From: Ginkgo biloba
Taxonomy: Eukaryota; Plantae; Ginkgophyta
DNA length: 18,183 nucleotides
Direction of reading: 5' to 3'
Assembly (NCBI GenBank): GCA_024626585.2
Contig: JANKJI020000002.1
Location: 261,475,534-261,493,716, forward strand
Under the pieces are notes generated by a model. The model saw nothing but the letters and a program-made list of their open reading frames with translations. It was not told the DNA's origin and did not search any database. Made by a program: the position numbers and the translations under genes. Of this stretch, positions 1-9,254 are shown piece by piece. Position 1 is the first letter of the stretch. The number at the start of each line of letters is the position of its first letter.

Positions 1-1301
1 TTGAGGATAACAAGAAGGATAAAATATAGCAAAGAGATAGATTTTGGACCCACTAAAGTCTTAAGAGGAAAAATTAGGGGTTATTATAGGCAAACCTAAT
101 CAAAACCTCAATAGGAATATATTTTTAGAATTGAAAGTAAATAAACCAGCATAACATAAAATTTATATTTTATTAAATTTGATTTCAACCACCTATTTTA
201 TAATTTATTATATAATTTCTTTCATAATAAAATAAAACAAACAAAAAGAGAGATTGAAACATTCACAATTGAGTTTATGGGGAAATGGAAGATTGCATAA
301 TTGATTATTAAAGTTTAAATATGCTACCACTCCTCATGTTAGCTCCCTTATTTAATTTATCATCTAGAATCATAATAAAAAAAGTAGAGAGAGCACCATT
401 CATCCATGGAAATCCTTCACCATGATGGTCCAAGTTTGGAGAAACATTAAGAATAATAGTTCAAGGTAATGGATATAAGGAATTAAAAAAGAATAAGGCC
501 TAACAGAGATTACAAAAAGGTGAGAAATAAAACTTATGGAAGAAGAGGGGGTAGAGGTTAAAAAATTATTGAAATACTACTGTGAAAAGAGCTTGTAAGT
601 GGTGTTTCCAAGGGTATTTTGATAGTATAATCCTACATAATCTAATTTAATCTTATTATGACTCTTTGGGGCTTAATTTATATATTTTGAGAAGGAAATA
701 TCACCAATTAGGCATATACACCTCGAATTTCCATGCATTCAGGCCTTGTGACATGAAGGCGACCTTGTCCATATGGAAAACATACGTGTTTGGAATTCTT
801 CATTTTGTTTATTTTTTTCCATTAGAACAGCTAATGTCGCCTAAGGGCGATGTGGTTGTAGATAGTGATGTGGCCCAGAGGGTGCGCTGACCAACGGTGC
901 TCAACGTGCATAAGTGGCATGGGCCCCACTCTCAGAAAAGGAAAAAACAAAGATAATATGAGGGGCAAAGGAGGTTGATTATTTACATCAAAGGGATCCA
1001 ACCCTGTTCTAAGGGGGTGATGACTAATTCTGAGCGCCAACCATATAAACATCTCATAGACATCTCAATTTTTCATTTTTTTAATTTAATTTTTGAAATA
1101 TTTGTTAGCACCATTGATGCGGGTCTCACCATCTATGAATACTGCAAATCCATACACTTTCAAGTGACATATCGTTGATTAGCGCACTACAACAACGCGC
1201 TATTCGATGATGTACAACCTATGAGCGTGCGAATAAGTGGCATAGTAGAGATAGAAAAAAATTTATTAGTTTAGTTATTGATTGGCATTTTTCTTGTTGC
1301 A

Positions 1302-2094
1302 ATGAGCAGTTGAGACAATTACGGAGCCTTCATGCATGAGTTGGTGGCATAGTATAGAGAGGAGGATCGAGGGGTCCTTTGTAGATGCAAGTTGCAGAGG
1401 GTCTCACTAACCTCCCAGCTCAATTTTGACAAGGAGATTGTGAGGCGTCTAGTTAGGTATTGGGACTCGACTATTCATGTGTTCAAATTACCTGCCTTCG
1501 GTGAGCTATGTCTCACGAAGACAAATTTGTATAGAGTGATGGGACTCATCTGTATAGGAGAGGTAGTTGACCTGCGGAGGTGACTGACTAGTTGAGAGGC
1601 AGGCCTCTATCTGAGCGAGTGTGAGAGGTCCAATGATGTGACTAACCACTGGATGGTGATCATCATATTGTAGAGTGATAAGGTCCCATTGATTCAGAGA
1701 GTGATAGCAATGATCCTAGTATTCAGGATCTCACAAAGCCATAACTTTGGGGGTGTGCTATTTGGATACATCCCATTGGACGAGAGATGTACGCAGGGTG
1801 TCAAGCATGACTATGCTCATTACATACTTGATGCTTTGTTGAGTCAGTTGGATGCAATACAATGGAGGGGCCATGGGATCCTCACTTACAGTTCATTCCT
1901 GTAGCCCTGGCTATTCAAGCATTTTCATGCGTTTTGGCCTACCATAGTGGCCTCGATCCCATTTGGACCAAAAGAGCCTCATATGAGGTGGCGACAAATG
2001 ACGGTGAGAGCCTCACCACGTCATCCCACTCATAAGAGGAAGGGAAGCACTCGGGGAATCTTCAAAGAGATGACTCCAGATACGAGTGTCGTGG
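1302..2094 (+). pseudogene. Plant mobile domain (PMD / aminotransferase-like, MAIN-like) transposon ORF, inactivated by nonsense mutations; a purine-rich tail probably continues to ~2610
   Basis: The ATG at 1302 and the ORFs at 1392, 1689 and 1947 share one frame. LVRYWDSTIHVFKLPAFGELCLTKTNLYRVMGL resembles the PMD block LVERW..THTFHLP.GE.TITLEDV..ILGL. DYAHYILDALLSQLD..SSFL*PWLFKHF resembles YAWG.AVLA.LYRQL..LLQ.W.WERF. Six in-frame stops (1311, 1350, 1581, 1593, 1671, 1902) and no frameshift. Confidence 0.75.
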
Positions 2095-3024
2095 ANNNNN
2101 NNNNNNNNNNNNNNNNNNNNNNNNNNNNNNNNNNAACATGAGTGAGAGAGGCAAGCCAGCAGGAGGCATAGGTAGTAGGTGGAGAGAAGGGTGAAGCTAG
2201 GGAGGGGGAGCAATAGAGGGACCATCCCTTAGATAGAGAGGGTGGTGGATAGAGGGTGCCCCCTGTGTCACCACATGGAGGCTAGGAGGAGGCCCAGAGA
2301 CATGACCCGAGTTTTTCTCGTGTAGAGGAGTGGAGAGAGATAGGTGAGCCATCAGGAGTGCACAATGAGCATCCTCCACATGGTATGTAACTCCTTTCTG
2401 TGATTTCAACTTTTGTTTGACCATAGCAATTTGATAGAGTCTCCTAATCATCAGTTTCATGTCATGTTTGTTGGAGGAGAACATGCACCCGTGAACCAAG
2501 GTCGCACTTTTAAGACGGGTGCTAGGAATTTCCTCGAGGACGACCCATAGATGGCCAAGCAAGAAAATGAGGATGATCATACAGAGAGGCGAGGGAGCCC
2601 GAGAGAATGANNNNNNNNNNNNNNNNNNNNNNNNNNNNNNNNNNNNNNNNNNNNNNNNNNNNNNNNNNNNNNNNNNNNNNNNNNNNNNNNGTCAGATGAG
2701 AGACAGAATTGTATTGTACCTGTTGGAAAACACATTATACACACACACAGATCATTGAGCATATATAATTTTTATGTGTTTTTTATGGTTTGCAATGTTT
2801 TGTGGTTTTTTATTTGATATATAAATGTGCAAAACTTTTACTTAAACGCTATAGGTAATATAGTTTGAGAAACCAAGATTCACAGGATGATGAAACTCTC
2901 GGCCATTCGGAATAGAAATCCAATNNNNNNNNNNNNNNNNNNNNNNNNNNNNNNNNNNNNNNNNNNNNNNNNNNNNNNNNNNNNNNNNNNNNNNNNNNNN
3001 NNNNNNNNNNNNNNNNNNNNNNNN

Positions 3025-4760
3025 TCTCTTTAGGGAAATACTAGTAGGTAGTTCACTTGGAATCAATACTTTAAACTCCTCCTTGAGATATTCAAAATAT
3101 TTTGATGGATACTCTACCTTGTTCATTGTCCTCAACTTTATTTGATATCAATGAAAATAATTATATCAATTCTTTTATGGTCTTTATAAAGCTTTTATAA
3201 GACAAGAAATTTTTTCTTTTATGTTCTTCCTTCATTAGAGAGATTGTAAAACTTCAACCGTNNNNNNNNNNAAATTTATATATATTGGATTCTCCATCAT
3301 GGTGTGATTTTATATCAAATTTCCAAGGTATTTCAATAACTATATGATATGCATACATAGGTATAATAACATATAGAGCTTTATCATGATAATTTTCCAT
3401 ACTCAAAGAAATAAAACATCTTTGGTTAACTAATACCTCATGGCCATTTTATAACTAACCAATATTGTAAGGCTTGGATGAAGATGACACTTTAGGCTTA
3501 GTTTTTATACCATTTTGGTTGAGACCATATTTTCATAGCTCCCACCATCAATAATGAGCTTGCATTACTATCCTCCTAACTTATATTTTGATCTAAGAGC
3601 ATTCCTTCTTTGATAATGCTCATTCACCTCTTACTAGTTCTTACTACATATAGAAACATAAACCTTATAAAATATTATATTTCATCACATTTAGGAGATA
3701 CCACTTCTTGTTGTTATTTTAGATCATATTCAATATGATCCCTTATCTCCTAGGACTATTTTCCCCTGAGGTGCACTCATTAGCTCTATGAATTCCTCTA
3801 TATTTGAAACATATCAAGGGACTTATTGGACCACCAAAGCTTCTTCCAATATGGAATTGGACTACTTCTCTTCCTCTCAATATTATTAATCTACTTAGAT
3901 ATCTATTTCCATCCTCTTTAATATATTCACTCCTCCTTGATGTGAAGGCATCTCCTTTGGCTCTAAAATTTGAAGTAAATCCCCTTTTTACTTCTCCTTT
4001 ATTCTTAATGTCTCTTACAAGATGCTTATCTAATTTAAGTTCCATTTTATAGGATTGATGCACACTTTCTAATGTGAATAAATCCAATCCATCTTAGATA
4101 TTAGATCTGAGGTCATTTATGTGTCTAGCCACCATTTGACTAGAATCCACTACCATTTCCAACCATATTGAAAGCTTATAAAAGTCCTCAACTTATTCTT
4201 GCACACTTTGATCCTATATTTATTTAAATTATACAATTATTTAAAAAAAAATTGTTGATAATATTAGGGAATGTACTTCTTGTTAATTTTTGTTACCATT
4301 TTTTTTGCCAGTCTTCACCTTATTCTTCCCTTTTCTTACTCCCTTATTTTGAATATGATTCCACCAAATTATAGCATGTTTATTGAGTTCTATAGATGAA
4401 AACGTTTCCATATTAGGGTCATAAATACCTTCCAATTTAAAAAACCTCTCTAAATATCAAATTTAATCTAGTAAGACCTTAACCTTAAAACTCCTAGTGT
4501 ACTAATGCACCTTTAATTTTACTTATAGATTCATTTTCCTTCCTCTAATTCCTTCAAATATGGCTTCAATATGATTCTCTTTAATTTTTTATACCACTCT
4601 AGCTTCTACATAAAGTTTTGGATCATTCCTAATTGGATCTCTTCTATTCATTTCTTCAAGCTCTTTAACTCTCCTCCTAAGAGATCCTACTGCTTTTTAT
4701 GAATATTTTTCCTTTTTTATATTATTCCTTAATGCACTTTTCTCATCCACATAATAAGAA
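3025..4760 (-). mobile_element. Degenerate Ty3/Gypsy chromovirus (CRM-like) gag - zinc knuckle - aspartic protease - RT N-terminus, truncated at a gap
   Basis: Minus-strand translation gives gag ELNKHAIIWWNHIQ and QSVQE*VEDFYKL..MVARHINDLR, a knuckle remnant CFKYRGIHRANEC, protease CKLIIDGGSYENMVSTKMV (IIDGGS at 3538-3555), and pre-RT EEFKVLIPSELPTSISLKR. Many stops and frameshifts. Confidence 0.88.
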
Positions 4761-4776
4761 TCTCTAAAACAAACTA

Positions 4777-4788
4777 CATCTAATACCA
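4777..4788 (-). other. Degenerate primer-binding site (tRNA-iMet type) of the CRM-like element
   Basis: Minus strand reads ...AGGTATCA tct TGGTATTAGAtg: an LTR end in ATCA, a 3-nt spacer, and a near match to TGGTATCAGAGC, directly upstream of gag. Confidence 0.75.
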
Positions 4789-4791
4789 AGA

Positions 4792-5170
4792 TGATACCTA
4801 GGTTACTCAACAATCATAAGAATTAATTAATATTCAATCTACAAATAGAAAATTAGGATCATAAGCCACAAACATTTTTATTTCAGATATTAAAAGAATA
4901 ATTTATAGTATTCTAAAAAATAGATAAGTGAGAATGAATATAGTAGTGAGCAAGAATCAATAACATCTCTTCTCCTTTCTTGAATTTTCTTCCTCTTCTA
5001 AGAAAATAACTTCCATCCTATATCCAAATTTGAATGGATTGGATTGAACTATAATATACATAAATTACACATAATTCATCCTAAATATTTAATATCTAAC
5101 AAATCAAAATAAATCTAGATGATTTTTCCTAATTTTTCTCTTTTGTTTTAGATTTTCCTTAAATATGTCA
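4792..5170 (-). repeat. 5' LTR of the CRM-like element (PBS-proximal boundary firm, distal boundary uncertain: ~5106, 5170 or 5352)
   Basis: TGATACCT at 4792 abuts the PBS, and TGAT..ATCA termini are typical of CRM LTRs. No second LTR copy is present in the window to fix the far end. Confidence 0.55.
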
Positions 5171-5197
5171 CCTAAGAATAAACTAAAAAAGCATATT

Positions 5198-5531
5198 CTA
5201 TTGTAGAGGTCATATATCTGTAATCTTAACTCATACTAAAATGATTATTCAATAAAAAATTATAATATTTCTAAGAGATACACTTTAAATAGGAAAGTTT
5301 CTTCTAATACTCAACCTTTTGGATAAGATATATGCTACATAGAAAGGTATCAAGAAAAAAAGGGGAAATTATAGCCTATTATAGAGGTCATATATCCCTA
5401 TAATTAACTCATATTGATATTGTGATTAAATGAAAAATAATTTTCTTTTTTATATATAAAACATTTTAAACAAAAAAGAAATCTTAAAATTCTCAATGCT
5501 TTGGTAAAAATATATGAGAAATAAAAGGTAC
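5198..5531. repeat. Diverged two-unit tandem repeat, period 178 bp
   Basis: CTATTGTAGAGGTCATATATC at 5198 matches CTATTATAGAGGTCATATATC at 5376. Further colinear matches: TTAACTCATA, TTTAAA, CTCAA..TTTGG, ATATATG..AAAGGTAYC. Confidence 0.75.
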
Positions 5532-5727
5532 CTATTTATAAATGAAAATCTACTATTTTTCCTTTTCCTTTTTAATTTTTTTCTTTTTCAATACTTAATA
5601 ATAATTTATCTAATGTGGCTACCACCCATCCTCCACTCCATTCCATGTAATCTAAAAATTATCATACATGCATTCACCACTAGAATATCAAAAAAACACT
5701 ATTGTTAATAATAGGTCAAATAGATCA

Positions 5728-5761
5728 ACCACACATTTGTACACAGTGAAGGTGTTACTAT
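5728..5761 (+). mobile_element. Candidate decayed Helitron 3' terminus (hairpin 1)
   Basis: ACCACACA-TTTG-TACACAGT becomes a perfect ACCGCGCG-TTTG-CGCGCGGT stem if CpG deamination is reversed. It is followed 10 nt later by CTAT (canonical is CTRR). Confidence 0.35.
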
Positions 5762-6619
5762 AGGTAGTAGGTTTCAAGGTCAAAACCCATGGAAATAGAG
5801 GGAGAAGGCCATGGGATGGCATAAACCCAAAACAAGTTTCTAAAATTTTAAAAGTATAATGACCCTCATTAGAACTCGCCTAGTCATTACCCCTGAGTCT
5901 CAATAGATGGAGATATAAATTCAATATTTTCTTCCTCTAAAATAGAAAAAGCTTGGTCATATTTTAGGTTGGGTATGTTGGTCAAGCATGAGGATGGAGA
6001 GACGAGAGCAACTAGGGAAGAACAATGAGAGTATTTGAGAGGGACAAATGGGGATTGTAGATCCAATGCCTAGGGTAATGTGCAATGTTAAATCGAATGA
6101 GAAAGTTATAGAGGTTAGAGATAGTGAGCACAATATGATGATTTGTATTGCTTGGGTAGAGGGAATAGCAATGGCGATAACATTGGGACTTTGGGGCATG
6201 ATATAGTTGGATGATCAAGAGAGGCACATAGTTGATGACACTTAGACTTTAAATGAGGGCATAAGGGACTTGAAGAACTAGATGGATTTGATATGCGGAA
6301 CACGTGTGTAGGCTGGAATAGACAAGGGGGCAATGAAAATAAGAATGACAGGAGCGATATCGATGATTGTGAGTTGATAGTTGTTGGGAAATATATGCAT
6401 ATACAATGGTGGCATATGAAGATGAAGCAATGTGTAAAGGCAATATGATAGAAAGGAAACCATGTTTTCTTGTTGTAGTTGTGTCTACAAGAAATTTTAA
6501 NNNNNNNNNNNNNNNNNAAATTATTTGTGAATACCATGCTATTGCACAATATAATGCAAAAATTGGGTTCTATTGGATAATTTTACAAAGATAGAGTGAT
6601 AGTTAAGCAACATAATCAT

Positions 6620-6647
6620 CCACACAATGTGTGGTATTAGAACCTAT
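6620..6647 (+). mobile_element. Candidate decayed Helitron 3' terminus (hairpin 2)
   Basis: Perfect inverted repeat CCACACA-A-TGTGTGG (6620-6634), the expected CpG-decay product of CCGCGCAACGCGCGG. It is followed 9 nt later by CTAT. Confidence 0.4.
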
Positions 6648-6730
6648 GTACACTAACATTGATAATGTAGGAGTCAACCAAAATGAATTGTTAGTTGAAA
6701 AATGAATTTTCCTTGGTTGTAGGACATTAG

Positions 6731-6748
6731 AATTTGATACCACTTGCT
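6731..6748 (-). other. Possible degenerate tRNA-iMet PBS plus LTR end of another LTR retrotransposon, running into a gap
   Basis: Minus strand reads ..AGCA ag TGGTATCAAAtt (CA end, 2-nt spacer, 9/10 match to TGGTATCAGA). No recognisable gag follows. Confidence 0.4.
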
Positions 6749-6875
6749 NNNNNNNNNNNNNNNNNNNNNNNNNNNNNNNNNNNNNNNNNNNNNNNNNNNN
6801 NNNNNNNNNNNNNNNNNNNNNNNNNNNNNNNNNNNNNNNNNNNNNNNNAATGCAGGTCAGGATGAAGTAGCCTTG

Positions 6876-7577
6876 ATGGATATGAAGACATGTAAAGAAA
6901 ATATGTTGGGAAGGATTTTACCTTTAGTTAATACCTTTAGGATTAGCTACTACACACTGCTTAATTTAATGAGCAACGCTGACGATCAGTTTGATTCTAA
7001 AAATGTTATCAAAGATTCTTTCCATCAGCTTCAACATGAGAAGGCACAACCAAAATTTAAAGAGAAGATCTCTAAGTTGGAGGAAGAAGCAGCTATGCTT
7101 GATGCTTCTGGAGAGGCTGAACTTGGAGAATATCATAAGTTGAGACTCAATATAGAGAAGCAAATAATGCATGAAATTACTCTTCCTGAGCAAGTTCTTC
7201 TTTTCCTAATTCTAGGTAGGCTAGTTAAGGTAAGAGATGGTAGAACTAAGTGGGGATGGGGAGTCGCAGTTAATATGGTGAAAAAGACACCAACAACAAC
7301 TAACACATTACCATCCACCATATTGGGTTCTCGTACAAGTGGGTATATGGTAGATACACTTTTACATTGTGCATCTAGCTTGACTAGAAATGGTCCTAGC
7401 CCAAATCCACACCCTTGTCCTCCTAGAGAGAGAGATGAAATGCATGAGATACCTACTCAACTTCCTCTTATATGTGCTCTTAGTGCCTTGAGAGTAGCTA
7501 TTCCAGAAAATCTATGCCCACCAGAGGAAAGGAAGAGTGTACTTATGGAAGTGCAAGAGCTTGACAAGCAGTTTCTC
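6876..7577 (+). pseudogene. HEN2: Intronless internal fragment (winged-helix start and arch/KOW region) of the DExH-box exosome helicase HEN2 (MTR4 family); probable processed retrocopy
   Basis: TFRISYYTLLNLMSNADDQFDSKNVIKDSFHQLQHEKA, SKLEEEAAMLDASGEAELGEYH, GRLVKVRDGRTKWGWGVAVN, GYMVDTLLHC and EMHEIPTQLPLICALSALRVAIP match my recollection of plant HEN2 (SYYTILNLLSRAEGQF type) rather than MTR4 (SYNMLLNQ type). 234 uninterrupted codons; both RecA domains and the C-terminal domain are missing. Similarity ends at QELDKQF. Confidence 0.9.
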
Positions 7578-9254
7578 ATCTATCGCTATCACTCTCAGTC
7601 GAATAACATTGACTATAATAGTACACAACGACTGTGCTTCCAAACAGTTGCATCCAGGAAGCAACTACAACTATTCGAGAGCACCTTCCCTTACAAAGTT
7701 AAGGGACAATCATTTAGTAGAAACATGATAAGTCAGGGGAAAATGAATCATGACGATTCAAACAAAGGTTATTCAAACAACGAACAGTTGTGGCCGCTCA
7801 AGATGTGTAAACAAACACAAAAATTAAACCCTTGTTGACTGTTTCTGGATGTAGTCTTACTACGGCAAGGTTAACGTTTTCGATGTGTCGCCATGGAATC
7901 CCGACAGCTCGATCGTTGCTCTCACCAACGGTTGAGTGTTGGGGTGGTGNNNNNNNNNNNNNNNNNNNNNNNNNNNNNNNNNNNNNNNNNNNNNNNNNNN
8001 NNNNNNNNNNNNNNNNNNNNNNNNNNNNNNNNNNNNNNNNNNNNNNNNNTTAAGACCAAAATCTTAAAAAATAGTGTTTTAGTTCTAAGTTAAGCTCTCG
8101 AGGGTTTATTATGTGATTATGTGCTTTAAAAATAAGCACCCTTTGATCAATTTTTTAAAACCTTAGAAATATTTTTGAATTTTTTCTCCCTATGCTGCGA
8201 TTTCTTTGAATTCGCTTATTTTTCAATTTTTTTTGGCCTTGCATCCTCCTCGATGAGATTTGCACCTCCTTCAGTAGGTGTATTCAGTTTGAATTTTCGC
8301 GTTTGGTTGTGTTTGGTCCAAATTACTTTGCGTGTTACTTATTTTCTCTCTGAAGCTCTGCTTCTCTCTTTGACGAATGAAAGATCTTTGTACGTCTGTG
8401 TTCACATCCTCTGGTGAGTTCTGTGCCCACAGTGAGTCCCTTCACAAATTTCCAGTTTCTCCTCCATGCCACGCTCGTGCTCCATAGGTCTTATGCAGTG
8501 TTTTGGTGTTGTTGTCCTCTTCCTTTTCTCTGGTGTCACTATGGTCCTCTGCTCCTACTTTGGGGTCACGTTCTCCTTCAACGAATCATGTAAAATTGCT
8601 CGCTTTTCTCTTGGTGAACAGTGATACCTTGAATTTTCATGCAACACCGGTTCCTCTTCACCTGGTGCTTAGTGGTTTTCAACTGCAACGAATTCTCCCA
8701 TTTTGTGCAACTCTCTACAGCATGTTTCCTCTCGCCTCAAGTCTCCCGCTCCACGGGGAAGTCCTCTTGTTCACATTGTGGTGGTCTAGTCACCGCACTC
8801 ATTCCAATGGTTCTCCACTCCAACACACATTTCCTCCTCGGTGATGGACACTTCCATGCAACAGCGTCACCTTCTTCCACGCCACAAGTTTCTTCTGCAC
8901 GTTCTTCTTCCCGGTGAATAGCAATGGCTCCAATAGACTTTGGTTTTTCCTACGCTCAACACTCTGCTCCTCACTCCTGGTGAACCATTCCCTACTTCAA
9001 ACTTTTCCTCACGATGAAACTGCAATTTTTCTCAATGTTTAGAACTGCAATCGTTCTCAACTTCACGTGGTTTTCATCTTCTTCGTCCACTGATTCTTCT
9101 CTTTCCTATTCAATTTTATTGGTTGCCTCTCCCATCCCGTCTTCCGAATCCNNNNNNNNNNNNNNNNNNNNNNNNNNNNNNNNNNNNNNNNNNNNNNNNN
9201 NNNNNNNNNNNNNNNNNNNNNNNNNNNNNNNNNNNNNNNNNNNNNNNNNNNAGT

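Noticed and set aside
1-703. Possible solo LTR ending in ATATCA at 703
   Set aside because: No PBS follows, no second copy, and no visible similarity to the LTR at 4792.
905-1243. Repeated ATAAGTGGCAT motif upstream of the PMD ORF
   Set aside because: Only two copies about 320 bp apart; insufficient to call a regulatory array.
4792-5352. LTR bounded by the 8-bp inverted repeat TGATACCT...AGGTATCA
   Set aside because: The distal match lies inside the 178-bp repeat unit (counterpart AAAGGTACC at ~5525), so it may be coincidental; not adopted as the boundary.
5957-6594. Several short overlapping ORFs
   Set aside because: They arise from a G/A-skewed low-complexity tract; no recognisable motifs.
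6744-7838. 364-aa ORF as a complete functional helicase gene
   Set aside because: The start lies at a gap edge, the helicase core motifs are absent, and the last 86 residues are unrelated.
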